From Dehalococcoidia bacterium (GTDB taxonomy: Bacteria; Chloroflexota; Dehalococcoidia; UBA2979), in NCBI GenBank assembly GCA_965262725.1, contig OZ253555.1, positions 1,826,762 through 1,890,761 on the forward strand: DNA of 64,000 nt, in the 5' to 3' direction. Position 1 is the first letter of the stretch. Each line of letters begins with the position of its first letter. The translations under genes were made by a program, and so were the position numbers. The notes beneath the pieces were generated by a model. It had not been told where the DNA came from. It saw only the letters and a program-made list of their open reading frames with translations, and did not search any database. Shown piece by piece: positions 1 to 10,328 of this stretch.

Positions 1-71
1 TGCCCGTCGGGACTGATGCCCGCGCGGCTCGCTCAGGAAGGACGCGAGACGATCGGACAGCAGGACCCGCG

Positions 72-1070
72 ATGACCGGCCGCTTCACCATCACCGCTCA
101 CACGTCGGCGGACGACGAGCACCTGTCCGCCGTGGCGGAGATCGTCCAGGGACTGACGGGCGACCCCAAGACCCTGAGCCCGAGATTCCTCTACCACGAT
201 GAGGGTTCCCGGCTATTCGACGAGATCACGCGCCTCGACGAGTACTACCCCACGCGGGTCGAGCAGTCGTTGCTCGAACGCTTCGGCGCTGAGATCGTCG
301 ACGACATTCGACCCAGCGAAATAGTCGAGCTGGGGCCCGGGAGCGGGGCCAAGAGCGGGATGCTGGTCGGCCCGGGGCTGCGGGCCGGAACACTCGCCCG
401 CTACATCCCCTTCGACATCAGCGAGTCGGCGGTCCGCGGAAGCGCATCATCGCTGCTCGCGGCGTATCCGTATCTCGACGAGATTGCCGGCGTCGTGGGT
501 GACTTCGGTCGCCACCTCTCCGCCATACCCTCCACACACGGAACGCGCCTCATCGCCTTTCTGGGCTCGACGATCGGGAACCTCCATCCCGGCGAGCAGC
601 GCCGACTCCTCGGGGACCTGCGTGGACTGATGGCGCGGAGCGACGACGCTTTGCTCATCGGCGTGGACCTCGTCAAGGAACGTGCCGTCCTCGAGGCGGC
701 CTACAACGACCGCGAGGGCGTCACGGCCCTCTTCAATCTCAACTCGCTGAGGGCGGCGAACGATCTGCTGGGGGTCGACATCGACACCGGCCTGTTCAGG
801 CATCGCGCCTTCTTCAATGCCGAGCATTCGCGGATCGAGATGCGCCTGGAGGCGAGCGCCGAGGTCTCGTTCACGCTGCCCGCGCGTGGGGACACCGTCC
901 GTGTCCGTGCGGGCGAGACGATCTGGACCGAGAGCTCCTACAAGTTCACCAGGGAGGGATTCGCCGAGACGCTGCGCGACTCGGGGTTCGGACGCGCGCG
1001 GTGGTACACGGACCCCGAGGAGATGTTCGCGCTCGTGCTGGCCCGCCCCGGCCCGCCCGAGGCGATCTAG
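72..1070 (+). CDS. egtD: EgtD-like L-histidine N-alpha-methyltransferase (ergothioneine pathway methyltransferase family)
   Basis: 332 aa. The N-terminal region (LYHDEGSRLFDEITRLDEYYPTR, ELGPGSGAKS) matches the EgtD/methyltransferase-33 signature. Confidence 0.65.
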   Translation: MTGRFTITAHTSADDEHLSAVAEIVQGLTGDPKTLSPRFLYHDEGSRLFDEITRLDEYYPTRVEQSLLERFGAEIVDDIRPSEIVELGPGSGAKSGMLVGPGLRAGTLARYIPFDISESAVRGSASSLLAAYPYLDEIAGVVGDFGRHLSAIPSTHGTRLIAFLGSTIGNLHPGEQRRLLGDLRGLMARSDDALLIGVDLVKERAVLEAAYNDREGVTALFNLNSLRAANDLLGVDIDTGLFRHRAFFNAEHSRIEMRLEASAEVSFTLPARGDTVRVRAGETIWTESSYKFTREGFAETLRDSGFGRARWYTDPEEMFALVLARPGPPEAI

Positions 1071-1948
1071 CGGCGCATCTCCCACGTCACGATCCCGATC
1101 TCCCGGAACCCCACCGGGATCCTGATGCCCTCGGGCTCACTCCACCACCGCTCCATCAGGTCGCACATCCTCCGGTCCTTCTGCGAGTGCGGGCGCAGCC
1201 AGAGCATGCGCCGCGCGAGCGTCCGCGCCTCGTCTGGAGCGAGGGGCGCCGGCGCCGAGCCGGTCACCACGCGTCGCACCTCGTAGGGGCTCCCGAGAGC
1301 CCCGAGCAGCGCCACGAACTCCCGCAGCCCCGGAAGTGTCTGCAACGGCTCCCCGTGGACCGCCTCGAAGAGGTCGGCGAGCTGAGAACCCCGCGGGAAC
1401 CGCGCCAGCGCGACCACGCAGAGGCGCCGGGCACTCCGCTCCATCGCCTCGATGAAGGGGACGGGCGCGCGGATGTCGTAGAGGCAGTGGGCGGCCAGCG
1501 CCACGTCGGCCTGCTCTGTCCAGGCCGCAGCTGGCCATCGGACGTCGTGCACGGACACGTTTGTCGCATCCGCCGCAGCGACGCCCTCGGCGAGCACGCG
1601 GCGCATGGCGGGCGAGGGCTCGATCGCGATGACACGCCTCACCCGGCGCGAGAGCGGGAGGGCGAAGCGCCCGCCGCCGGCGCCGATGTCGAGCCAGGAG
1701 TCCTCGCGGCGCGAGAGGGATGCCAGCACGTCGGACTCGGCGGCGGAGGGCTGCCCCGGCCGGAAGCGCCCGGCGACCGGCGCGTAGTAGTCGTGGGTCG
1801 GTTCGACCTCGCGGACCCGAGCGACCTGCTCGGCGTCGGCTTCGACGAGCCCGGCCCAGGCCTCGCGGGCTGCGTCGATCGATGGTCTGAGCGCGTGCAC
1901 GGGCTCCATCTCTCGACCTCCGAGCGCTCCTACCCACGGCCGTCGCAT
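1067..1948 (-). CDS. class I SAM-dependent methyltransferase
   Basis: 293 aa with a glycine-rich SAM motif (LDIGAGGGRFALPL). Convergent with and overlapping the egtD stop. Confidence 0.55.
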   Translation of the reverse strand: MRRPWVGALGGREMEPVHALRPSIDAAREAWAGLVEADAEQVARVREVEPTHDYYAPVAGRFRPGQPSAAESDVLASLSRREDSWLDIGAGGGRFALPLSRRVRRVIAIEPSPAMRRVLAEGVAAADATNVSVHDVRWPAAAWTEQADVALAAHCLYDIRAPVPFIEAMERSARRLCVVALARFPRGSQLADLFEAVHGEPLQTLPGLREFVALLGALGSPYEVRRVVTGSAPAPLAPDEARTLARRMLWLRPHSQKDRRMCDLMERWWSEPEGIRIPVGFREIGIVTWEMRR

Positions 1949-2222
1949 CCGCGGTGTCGGAGGCTCCTCACGGAGCAGATTCCACTACCGCGCCAGGATC
2001 GCGCCACCGCATCGCGCGACGGGATGCCGCACGTCGGCCACGCCACGGGAGCCGACCGGCGCCGAAGGCACGCCGCCGCCCGGGCTCACCTCGCGGCGCA
2101 TGCCTGCGACGCGCGGCGGGGCGACATCGCCCGTGCCGCCCGCGACCGCCAAACCGAGGAGCAGCGGAGCGGCGGGTCAACGGGCGGCCCGCCACCGCGA
2201 GGCCGTGCTCTGCGTCGGAGTC

Positions 2223-2684
2223 TCACCTGCGCGACTGGTCGGCTTCCAGCTGTTCGCGGACGCGCGAGACGAACTGATCGAAGAGCCGATCGGAGACGAA
2301 CTTGATCAGGCGGGAGCCCATCTGCGCCATGCGGCCGCCGACGTTGGCGACGGCCTCGACGGAGGACTCGGTCCCGCCGTCCTCCAGGGCCTTCAGCTCG
2401 CCGCGCATCTCCACATCGGCGCTGCCGTCGCCCACCCCGTGCGCGACGACGCGCATCCTGTAGTGCTCGGCGTCCAGCTCCTCGAAGCGCCCTGAGCCCC
2501 GGTACCTGGCCTGCACCGGCCCGACCTTGATGCCCAGCCGGCCGGCGAACTCGAGTCCCTCGGTCGTCTCGGTCAGCTCCGCGCCCGGCACGCACGCGAC
2601 CACCCGCTCGGGATCGGTGAGGAACTCCCAGACGCGATCGATCGGAGCGTTCACGCGGAAGGTCTTCTCGACTCGGACTTCCAT
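2223..2684 (-). CDS. coxG: CoxG / SRPBCC-family carbon monoxide dehydrogenase subunit G-like protein
   Basis: 153 aa SRPBCC-like (MEVRVEKTFRVNAPIDRVWEFLTDPERV). Sits divergently upstream of coxMSL. Confidence 0.6.
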   Translation of the reverse strand: MEVRVEKTFRVNAPIDRVWEFLTDPERVVACVPGAELTETTEGLEFAGRLGIKVGPVQARYRGSGRFEELDAEHYRMRVVAHGVGDGSADVEMRGELKALEDGGTESSVEAVANVGGRMAQMGSRLIKFVSDRLFDQFVSRVREQLEADQSRR

Positions 2685-2778
2685 CCCATCACTCCCTCTG
2701 CTCCGGGGGGGCGCGTTCCCCGCTACACTGTCGCCGGGCGCAAACGATCGTTATCGGCGTCCGTCAAGGAGAAGACCC

Positions 2779-3645
2779 GTGATTCCCGGACCGTTCGACT
2801 ACTTCGCCCCGTCCACTCTAGACGAAGCCTTGGCCCTGCTCTCAGATCACGGCCCCGATGCGAGAGTGCTCGCAGGGGGTCAGAGCCTGATACCTCTGAT
2901 GAAGCTGCGGCTCGCCGAACCGTCGGTGCTCGTCGACCTGAACCGCGTGCATGGGCTCGGCGGGGTCGAGGAGCGAGGCGATCATCTCCGGATCGGCGCG
3001 ATGACGCGTCACGCCGCGCTCGAGACCTCCGAGCTGATCAACTCGCGTTACCCGCTGATAGCGGAGGCCGCGCCCGTGATCGCCGACCCGCTGGTGCGAA
3101 ATCGCGGCACCACCGGCGGCTCCCTGGCCCACGCCGACCCCGCCGGAGATCTCGGGTCGGTCATGACCGCGCTCGGCGCCGAGATCGTCGTCACCGGTCC
3201 CTCGGGCGCGCGCACACTCCCGATCGACGACCTGCTGCTGGGTCCGTTTACCACCACGCTGGAGGACGGCGAGATCATGACCGAGGTGCGCGTCCCCCTC
3301 CCCCGGGCGGGAAGCGCGGGCACCTACGAGAAGCTCGAGCGGAAGGTCGGCGACTTCGCCACGGCCGCCGTCGCCGTCCAGCTCACCCGGGAGCGCGGTA
3401 GCTGCGCGTCGATCGGGATCGCTCTCACCGCGGTCGGGCCCACCACCATCCGTGCCAGCGCGGCCGAGGACTTCCTCCGGGGAGGCGGCATGGGCGAGCC
3501 GGAGCTCCGCGCCGCCGCCGAGCTCGCGGCCGAGGCCGCGGAGCCGGCCGCCGACCTACGGGGATCCGAGGAATACAAGCGGGACATGGTGCGGGTTCTG
3601 ACCCTGCGAGCGCTCAGGCGAGCGGTCGCACGAGCGGGAGGGTAG
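2779..3645 (+). CDS. coxM: CO dehydrogenase medium (FAD-binding) subunit CoxM
   Basis: GTG start after the RBS AAGGAGAAG. FAD-binding PCMH-like motifs (LAGGQSLIPLMKLR, GTTGGSLAHADPAGD). Confidence 0.8.
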   Translation: MIPGPFDYFAPSTLDEALALLSDHGPDARVLAGGQSLIPLMKLRLAEPSVLVDLNRVHGLGGVEERGDHLRIGAMTRHAALETSELINSRYPLIAEAAPVIADPLVRNRGTTGGSLAHADPAGDLGSVMTALGAEIVVTGPSGARTLPIDDLLLGPFTTTLEDGEIMTEVRVPLPRAGSAGTYEKLERKVGDFATAAVAVQLTRERGSCASIGIALTAVGPTTIRASAAEDFLRGGGMGEPELRAAAELAAEAAEPAADLRGSEEYKRDMVRVLTLRALRRAVARAGG

Positions 3646-3649
3646 AGAG

Positions 3650-4120
3650 ATGCCACAGATCGAGGTAACGGTGAACGGCACCGCCCATCAGGTGGATGTC
3701 GAGCCCCGCCTGCTCCTCGTGCACCTGATCCGCGAGGATCTCGCGCTCACGGGGACGCACATCGGCTGCGACACCACGCACTGCGGCGCCTGCACGGTCC
3801 TGCTCGACGGGGTGCCGGTGAAGTCCTGCACGATCTTCGCCGTCCAGGCCGATGGCGGCGAGATCAAAACGGTCGAGGGGCTGGAGCAAGGCGGCGTGCT
3901 CCATCCGATACAGCAGGCGTTCATGGAGAAGCACGGCCTGCAGTGCGGATTCTGCACACCGGGGATGATGCTGACGGGCGCCGCGCTGCTGGAGCGCAAT
4001 CCTGATCCCGACGAGGCGGAGGTGCGCCGAGCCATCTCGGGCAATCTCTGCCGCTGCACCGGCTACGTGAACATCGTCGAGTCCGTGCGGCACGCCGCCC
4101 AGACGTTGCGGGGGAGTTGA
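3650..4120 (+). CDS. coxS: CO dehydrogenase small [2Fe-2S] subunit CoxS
   Basis: 156 aa with two Fe-S cysteine clusters (CDTTHCGACTV; CGFCTPGMM...CRCTGY). Confidence 0.85.
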   Translation: MPQIEVTVNGTAHQVDVEPRLLLVHLIREDLALTGTHIGCDTTHCGACTVLLDGVPVKSCTIFAVQADGGEIKTVEGLEQGGVLHPIQQAFMEKHGLQCGFCTPGMMLTGAALLERNPDPDEAEVRRAISGNLCRCTGYVNIVESVRHAAQTLRGS

Positions 4121-6498
4121 CCATGACGACCAGGACGAGCGCCGAGATCGGCGGCATGGGGCACAGCGTCCGCCGCAAGGAGGATGCCCGCTTCATCCGG
4201 GGCAGAGGCAACTATGTGGACGACGTCGTCCGGCCGGGGATGCTCTACATGGACATCGTCCGGAGCCCCTACGCGCACGCCCGCATCACGAGCATCGACT
4301 CCGAGCGGGCGCTCCAGGTTCCCGGCGTCCTCGCCGTCATCACCGGCGAGACGCTGAAGGAATACAACCTGCACTGGATGCCGACTCTGATGTCCGACAC
4401 GCAGATGGTGCTGCCGGTGGAGAAGGTGATGTTCGCGGGGCAGGAGGTCGCCGCGGTGGTGGCGACCAGCCGCTACGCTGCGGCCGACGGCGTCGAGGCG
4501 GTGGAGGTGGAGTACGAGCGGCTGCCGGTCGTTGTGGACCCCTTCCGGGCGCTGGAGCCGGATGCCCCCGTGCTTCGCGACGACAAGGAGGGGAAGACCG
4601 ACAACCACATCTTCCACTGGGAGGTCGGGGACAAGGCCGCGACCGACCGCGCCTTCGAGGAGGCGGAGGTGACGGTCCAGCAGGATCTCTACATCCCGCG
4701 CATCCACGTGGCCTCCATCGAGACCTGCGGGTGCGTCGCCGAGTTCGACGCCGCGACCGGCCAGCTGACGGTATGGATGACCACGCAGGCCCCTCATGCG
4801 GTGCGGACCGTGTTCGCCCTGGTGGCGGGCCACGTCGGCCTCTCCGAGGAGAAGATCCGGATCATCTCGCCGGATATCGGCGGGGGTTTCGGCGGCAAGG
4901 TACCGGTCTACCCCGGCTATGTGATCGCGGTCGCCGCGGCGGTCGTCACCGGACACCCCATCAAGTGGATCGAGGACCGCATCGAGAACCTGCAGGCGGA
5001 CTCCTTCGGCCGCGACTATCACATGGCGGCGGAGCTGGCCGCGACGCGCGACGGCAAGATGACGGCGCTGCGGATCAAGACCCTGGCCGATCACGGATAC
5101 ACCGACGCCGCTGCGAACCCCTCGAAGTTTCCGGCGGGGCTGTTCTCGATCTGCACGGGCTCGTACGACTTCGAGCAGGCCTTCGCCGAGGTGGACGGCG
5201 TCTACACGAACAAGCCCCCCGGCGGGATCGCCTACCGCTGCTCGTTCCGCGTCACCGAGGCCGTGCACGCGATCGAGCGCCTCGTCGACGTGCTGGCGAG
5301 CGAGCTGGAGATGGACCCGGCCAAGCTCCGGAAGAGGAACTTCATCACGCCCGACGCCTTCCCCTACCAGTCGGTGCTCGGCTGGGAGTACGACAGCGGG
5401 AACTACGAGGGTGCACTCGACCTCGCGATGGAGATGATCGGCTACGACGAGCTCCGCCGGGAGCAGGCCGAGAAGCGCGCGCGCGGCGAGTTGATGGGGA
5501 TCGGCATCTCGAGCTTCACCGAGATCGTGGGGGCGGGTCCCTCGAAGCACTTCGACATCCTCGGGCTGAAGATGTTCGACAGCTGCGAGATCCGCGTGCA
5601 TCCGACCGGCAAGGCCACGGCCCGATTCGGCACGAAGTCGCAGGGGCAGGGCCACGAGACCACTTACGCCCAGATCATCGCGGAGGAGCTCGGCATCCCC
5701 TCGAGCGACATCGCCGTCGAGGAGGGAGACACGGACACCGCGCCCTACGGTCTCGGCACCTATGCCAGCCGCAGCACGCCCACCGCCGGGGCGGCGGGAT
5801 CCGTGGCGGCGACCAGGATCCGCGAGAAGGCGCGGAAGATCGCAGCCCATCTCCTGCGGGCGGAAGAGATCGTGGAGGATGACCTCGAGTGGGAGCCGGG
5901 GCGCTTCTTCGTAGCGAGCGATCCGTCGAAGGGCGTGACGATTCAGGAGATCGCCCTTGCCGCCTACACGGACTTCCCGGAGGGTCTGGAGGGCGGCCTC
6001 GAGGCCGTCTCCTACTACGACCCCCCCAACCTCACCTTCCCCTTCGGCAGCTACATCTGTGTGGTCGACATCGACACCGGCACCGGCGAGATCAGCATCC
6101 GCCGCTTCGTGGCCGTGGACGACTGCGGCAACATCATCAATCCGATGATCGTCGACGGGCAGATCCACGGCGGGCTCGCGATGGGGCTGGCGCCGGCGCT
6201 CTTCGAGGAGCTCTCCTACGACGAGAGCGGGAACCCGCTCAGCGCGAGCTTCACCGATTATCTTCTGCCGACCGCCGTGGAGACGCCGCGATGGGAGACG
6301 GGAAAGACGACGACGCCCTCTCCGCACCACCCGCTGGGTGCCAAGGGTGTGGGCGAGTCGGCCACCGTCGGGGCGCCGCCGGCGATCGCCAATGCGGTGG
6401 TGGACGCGCTCTCGCACCTGGGCGTGCGCCACATCGACATCCCGATCACGCCGGACAAGGTGTGGGCGCTGCTCCGGGAGCACGGGGTGACCGACTAG
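4117..6498 (+). CDS. coxL: form I carbon monoxide dehydrogenase large molybdopterin subunit CoxL
   Basis: 793 aa xanthine-dehydrogenase-family Mo subunit carrying the form-I active-site loop AYRCSFR (GGIAYRCSFRVTE). Confidence 0.85.
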   Translation: MTMTTRTSAEIGGMGHSVRRKEDARFIRGRGNYVDDVVRPGMLYMDIVRSPYAHARITSIDSERALQVPGVLAVITGETLKEYNLHWMPTLMSDTQMVLPVEKVMFAGQEVAAVVATSRYAAADGVEAVEVEYERLPVVVDPFRALEPDAPVLRDDKEGKTDNHIFHWEVGDKAATDRAFEEAEVTVQQDLYIPRIHVASIETCGCVAEFDAATGQLTVWMTTQAPHAVRTVFALVAGHVGLSEEKIRIISPDIGGGFGGKVPVYPGYVIAVAAAVVTGHPIKWIEDRIENLQADSFGRDYHMAAELAATRDGKMTALRIKTLADHGYTDAAANPSKFPAGLFSICTGSYDFEQAFAEVDGVYTNKPPGGIAYRCSFRVTEAVHAIERLVDVLASELEMDPAKLRKRNFITPDAFPYQSVLGWEYDSGNYEGALDLAMEMIGYDELRREQAEKRARGELMGIGISSFTEIVGAGPSKHFDILGLKMFDSCEIRVHPTGKATARFGTKSQGQGHETTYAQIIAEELGIPSSDIAVEEGDTDTAPYGLGTYASRSTPTAGAAGSVAATRIREKARKIAAHLLRAEEIVEDDLEWEPGRFFVASDPSKGVTIQEIALAAYTDFPEGLEGGLEAVSYYDPPNLTFPFGSYICVVDIDTGTGEISIRRFVAVDDCGNIINPMIVDGQIHGGLAMGLAPALFEELSYDESGNPLSASFTDYLLPTAVETPRWETGKTTTPSPHHPLGAKGVGESATVGAPPAIANAVVDALSHLGVRHIDIPITPDKVWALLREHGVTD

Positions 6499-6551
6499 GA
6501 GATCAAGGCGGTCCCGCCGGCGGGCGGTCGCCGCACTGTGGAGCTGGGGCG

Positions 6552-7565
6552 ATGTTGTCATCGGATGATCCGCTGGGACGGGCGGTCGAGCTGCGCGAGC
6601 GGCGGACGCCCTTCGCGCTCGCCACGGTGGTCGCCTGCCGCCGCCCGACCTCGGCATACCCGGGCGCGAAGGCGATCATCGAGGCCGGGGGTGCGTTCAG
6701 CGGCTGGGTGGGCGGGAGCTGCGCGCAGCCGCTCGTGCTGCGCGAGGCGCTGGCGGCAATCGAGGACGGCCGTCCCCGCCTGCTGCGGATCAGCCCCGAT
6801 CCCCCTTCCCCCGACGGAGTGGAGGAGGGAGTGATCCAACTCGCGATGCCGTGCCAGAGCCAGGGATCACTCGAGATCTACGTCGAGCCGTTTCTGCCGC
6901 GCCCGGAACTCGTGGTGATCGGGGAGACGCCGCTGGCCCAGGCCCTGGCCCGGGCAGGCACCCTGATCGGGTTCGACGTCGTCGTCAGCGATCCGGACGC
7001 CACGGCGGAGCGGTTCCCCGATGCCGCCGTGATCGAAGCCGATCTGGAGGCGGCCGCGCGGAGGATGGGAGCCGGAAGCTACGTCGTGGTCGCGACGCAG
7101 GGGCAGTACGACGAAGATGCGGTCTCCGCGGCTCTGCGTTCCGAGGCCGACTACGTGGGTCTCGTCGCGAGCTCGAAGCGGGCCGCCTCCGTCCTCCAGT
7201 ACCTGCGGGACAGCGGCTTCAGCCCCGGCGAGCTGGAGCCGCTCATGTGCCCGGCCGGACTCGATCTCGGCGCCGTGACGCCCGAGGAGATTGCACTCAG
7301 CATCGCCGCCGAGATCCTGCAGGTGAGGCGAGGCGGTCAGGACGGGCATTTGCGGGCATCCTCGGAGCCCGCCTCCGCGGAGGGCGGGGTCTCCGAGGCG
7401 CTGGATCCCGTCTGCGGGATGGTGGTCGGCGTCGCGTCGGCGCGCTACGTGTCCGAGCACGAGGGTCGGCCGGTCTACTTCTGCGCCGCCGGGTGCCGCG
7501 AGCGCTTCGTGCAGGAGCCCGAGCGCTATCTCCCTCTCCTCTCCTCGCTCCCGGGCCGGCCGTGA
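6552..7565 (+). CDS. XdhC/CoxI-family accessory protein fused to a C-terminal YHS (TRASH-like) metal-binding domain
   Basis: XdhC_CoxI N-domain plus a Rossmann-like domain. C-terminus DPVCGMVV...RPVYFCAAGCRERF is a YHS motif. In frame inside the longer ORF 5889..7565. Confidence 0.6.
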   Translation: MLSSDDPLGRAVELRERRTPFALATVVACRRPTSAYPGAKAIIEAGGAFSGWVGGSCAQPLVLREALAAIEDGRPRLLRISPDPPSPDGVEEGVIQLAMPCQSQGSLEIYVEPFLPRPELVVIGETPLAQALARAGTLIGFDVVVSDPDATAERFPDAAVIEADLEAAARRMGAGSYVVVATQGQYDEDAVSAALRSEADYVGLVASSKRAASVLQYLRDSGFSPGELEPLMCPAGLDLGAVTPEEIALSIAAEILQVRRGGQDGHLRASSEPASAEGGVSEALDPVCGMVVGVASARYVSEHEGRPVYFCAAGCRERFVQEPERYLPLLSSLPGRP

Positions 7566-7605
7566 ACGACGGGGGCGTCGGCTCCTGCAACAGCGGCGGC
7601 TCCCG

Positions 7606-8220
7606 GTGACGGCGCCCGTCTGCGGGCTCGTCCTCGCTGCGGGCACATCGAGTCGCCTCGGACAGCCGAAGCAGCTGCTCCCCTACCGGGGCACGATCCT
7701 GCTCGACTGGGTCGTGCGCACCGCCGAGGCCGCGGCGAGCCTCGATCGGGTGACGGTGGTGCTGGGTGGCGCCGCCCGCGAGGTCCGCGAGCGGCTGACG
7801 CCCGGGCGGGCTCGGATCGTGGAGAACCCGGACTTCGGCGAGGGGTGCTCGTCGTCGTACCAGGCGGGGATCGCCTCGCTCGACGCTTCGACGGCCGCCG
7901 TGGTGGTCGTGCTCGGTGACCAGCCCGGCGTCGAGGTCGAGAGCATCGACCTGCTCGTCTCCGAGTGGCGTCGCGTCGGAGCGAGGATCATGGCTACCTC
8001 GTACCGGGGCGAGCGCGGTCATCCGCTGCTCTTCTCCCGCGAGCTGTTCGGCGAACTGAACGGGCTCCACGGTGACAAGGCCGCCTGGAAGGTCCTCGAT
8101 CGCAACCCCGGCCGGGTTCACGATGTCCCGGTGGACCGGCAGCTCCCGCGCGACGTCGATACCTGGCGTGACTACGAGGCGGTCGCAGCGGAGCGGGGCC
8201 CGCGCCCTGCCGGCCGCTGA
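7606..8220 (+). CDS. MocA/MobA-like nucleotidyltransferase (molybdenum cofactor cytidylyltransferase-like)
   Basis: N-terminal GLVLAAGTSSRLGQPKQLL nucleotidyltransferase motif. Located within the cox cluster. Confidence 0.6.
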   Translation: MTAPVCGLVLAAGTSSRLGQPKQLLPYRGTILLDWVVRTAEAAASLDRVTVVLGGAAREVRERLTPGRARIVENPDFGEGCSSSYQAGIASLDASTAAVVVVLGDQPGVEVESIDLLVSEWRRVGARIMATSYRGERGHPLLFSRELFGELNGLHGDKAAWKVLDRNPGRVHDVPVDRQLPRDVDTWRDYEAVAAERGPRPAGR

Positions 8221-8244
8221 CGGCCCTCGTCCCGGAGAGAGGTC

Positions 8245-9393
8245 ATGCGGGACGTTCTGGCCGACCTCGAGCGCTGGCAGCGGCAGTCCGAGCAAATCGC
8301 CATGGCCACCCTCGTCGATGTCCGTGGCTCGGCGCCGCGGCTCCCGGGCGCGCGGTTCTGTGTGACCGGGGGCGGTGAGGTCAGCGGCTCGGTCAGCGGC
8401 GGGTGCATCGAGGCGGATCTCTTCGAGCACGCGATGGGAGTCCTGGAGAGCGACCGGCCGGCGCTCGTCCAGTACGGGATCTCCGACGAGCTCGCCTTCG
8501 AGGTCGGCCTCAGCTGCGGGGGCGAGATCGAGGTGCTGGTCGAGCCGTTCCGCCCGGACGCCGCCTGGGAGGGGCTTCGCGGCGCGCTGCTCGGCCAGCG
8601 GTCGGCGGCTCTCGCCGTCGGCCTCGAACCGGAGGCGCTGACCGGGCGCAGGATGGTCGTGTTCGAGGACGGAGCGCTAGCCGGAGGCATCGGCGACGAG
8701 CTCGACGGCGCGATCGCCGGCGAGGCCCGCAGCCTCCTGCTCACGGGCGGGACGCGCAGGCTCGGGCTCGCGGGGCCCCCTGGTGACTGCGTCGTGTTCC
8801 TGGAGGCCTTTCGGCCTCCCGCTCACCTGTTCCTGCTCGGGGCCGCTTTCGTCGCCCCTCCTCTCGCCCGGATGGCGAGCGAGGCGGGCTTCCGCGTCAC
8901 GGTCATCGATCCGCGGGCCGCGTTCGCGACGAGGGAGCGGTTCCCGAGCGCGGACGATGTCGTGGTGGGCTGGCCCGACGAGGTTCTGAAGCGGGCCGCA
9001 CTCGGCACCCACTCCTACGTCGTGATGTTGCTCCACGACGCGAAGTTCGATGTGCCGGCGCTGCTCCCCGTCCTCGCGTCGGACGCTCGATACGTCGGGG
9101 TCCTGGGAAGCCGCCGAACCCACGAGCGGCGCCTCGACCAGCTCCGGGAGCGCGGATGCAGCGAGACGGCGCTCGCCCGGCTGCGGGCCCCGATCGGCCT
9201 CGACCTCGGCGGAAGGGAGCCCGCGGAGATCGCGGTCTCGATCCTCGCGGAGATGCTCGCCGTCAGATACGGCCGGGAGACGGGGCGGCCGGCGCTCACC
9301 TCCGGCGCGACGGATCCCAGCGGCGAGGCTCAGGCGGAGATGAACGCCTCGAGCAAGGGCGCGACATCGGCGGGGCTCCCCTTGGGCATGTAG
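8245..9393 (+). CDS. XdhC family protein (second XdhC/CoxF-like accessory factor)
   Basis: 382 aa with the XdhC_CoxI N-domain (ATLVDVRGSAPRLPGARF) and a C-terminal Rossmann domain. Confidence 0.6.
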   Translation: MRDVLADLERWQRQSEQIAMATLVDVRGSAPRLPGARFCVTGGGEVSGSVSGGCIEADLFEHAMGVLESDRPALVQYGISDELAFEVGLSCGGEIEVLVEPFRPDAAWEGLRGALLGQRSAALAVGLEPEALTGRRMVVFEDGALAGGIGDELDGAIAGEARSLLLTGGTRRLGLAGPPGDCVVFLEAFRPPAHLFLLGAAFVAPPLARMASEAGFRVTVIDPRAAFATRERFPSADDVVVGWPDEVLKRAALGTHSYVVMLLHDAKFDVPALLPVLASDARYVGVLGSRRTHERRLDQLRERGCSETALARLRAPIGLDLGGREPAEIAVSILAEMLAVRYGRETGRPALTSGATDPSGEAQAEMNASSKGATSAGLPLGM

Positions 9394-10328
9394 ATGATCT
9401 GCAGGTCGGCGCCGTTGTTGGCGCGCTGCCGCAGCCGCTCCTGCACCTCCGGCATCGTTCCCACCACCTCGTTCTCCCGGACCATGCGGTCGCTGATGCC
9501 GACCATCGCCTTCTCGCGGTCGTGGGACTCCGCCCACTCCGCCTGCACTGCGCGGACCTCCTCCCCCCAGCCGATCCGGCTCAGCATCTCGTGGTAGAAA
9601 TTCCACATGCGGTTGATGTAGTTCTCGATCCGCGCCCTCGCCTCGTACATCGTCTGCTCGTCGTTGACGCCGTCCAGCAGGTAGATCGGTGTGTGCGGGG
9701 CGATCGTGATCTCGGAGACATCCCGTCCCGCCGTCGCGGCGCCCGTGCGCAGGTAGTCGCGGAGGTCTCCCATCTGGGCCGTCGGCCAGTGCACCGGCAT
9801 GATGCCGTCCGCGATCTCGCCGGACTGCACGAGTGACTTCGGCGTGATCGCGCCGATCCAGACGGGGACGTCGTCGCGCGGCCGGTCGTACTTGATGCTG
9901 AAGCCGCGATCGAGCGTGAAGATCTCTCCGTGGTAGTGCAGCCGCTCGCCACGGATCAGGATCTTGAAGATCTCGGTGTACTCGCGGAGGCGCCTGAGCG
10001 GCCGCCGGAACGGCACGCCGTGCATCTGCTCGACGACCAGCTGGCTCGAGACGCCGATGCCCAGCATCATGCGGCCCCCCGAGATCAGCTCGAGGGTCGC
10101 GTACTCCTCGGCGAGGACGGCGGGCGAGCGCGAGAAGACGTTGACGATCGTCGTGCCGATCTGGATCCGCGAGGTGTTCTGCGCAATCACGGCGAGCCAT
10201 GGGATCGCCGAGAGCTGCCATGCCTCCGGCACCGCCACCAGCTCGTAGCCGAGATCCTCCGCGATACGGATCTTCTCGATCGTCGAGCGCCAGTCGCTCC
10301 CGAACCCCGTCATCAGCCCCAGTCGCAT
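9330..10328 (-). CDS. LLM-class F420-dependent oxidoreductase (luciferase-like monooxygenase family)
   Basis: 332 aa bacterial-luciferase-like TIM barrel (MRLGLMTGFG...GGRMMLGIGVSS). Confidence 0.65.
   Translation of the reverse strand: MRLGLMTGFGSDWRSTIEKIRIAEDLGYELVAVPEAWQLSAIPWLAVIAQNTSRIQIGTTIVNVFSRSPAVLAEEYATLELISGGRMMLGIGVSSQLVVEQMHGVPFRRPLRRLREYTEIFKILIRGERLHYHGEIFTLDRGFSIKYDRPRDDVPVWIGAITPKSLVQSGEIADGIMPVHWPTAQMGDLRDYLRTGAATAGRDVSEITIAPHTPIYLLDGVNDEQTMYEARARIENYINRMWNFYHEMLSRIGWGEEVRAVQAEWAESHDREKAMVGISDRMVRENEVVGTMPEVQERLRQRANNGADLQIIYMPKGSPADVAPLLEAFISA

Noticed and set aside
1001-2305. Long Arg/Pro-rich ORFs in alternative frames (for example 1001..2305 +, 4063..6657 -, 8677..10380 -, 18013..20151 -, 37650..40475 -)
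   Set aside because: They overlap well-supported genes in other frames. They are low-complexity, Arg/Ala/Pro-rich translations typical of wrong-frame reading in about 70% GC DNA, with no motifs.
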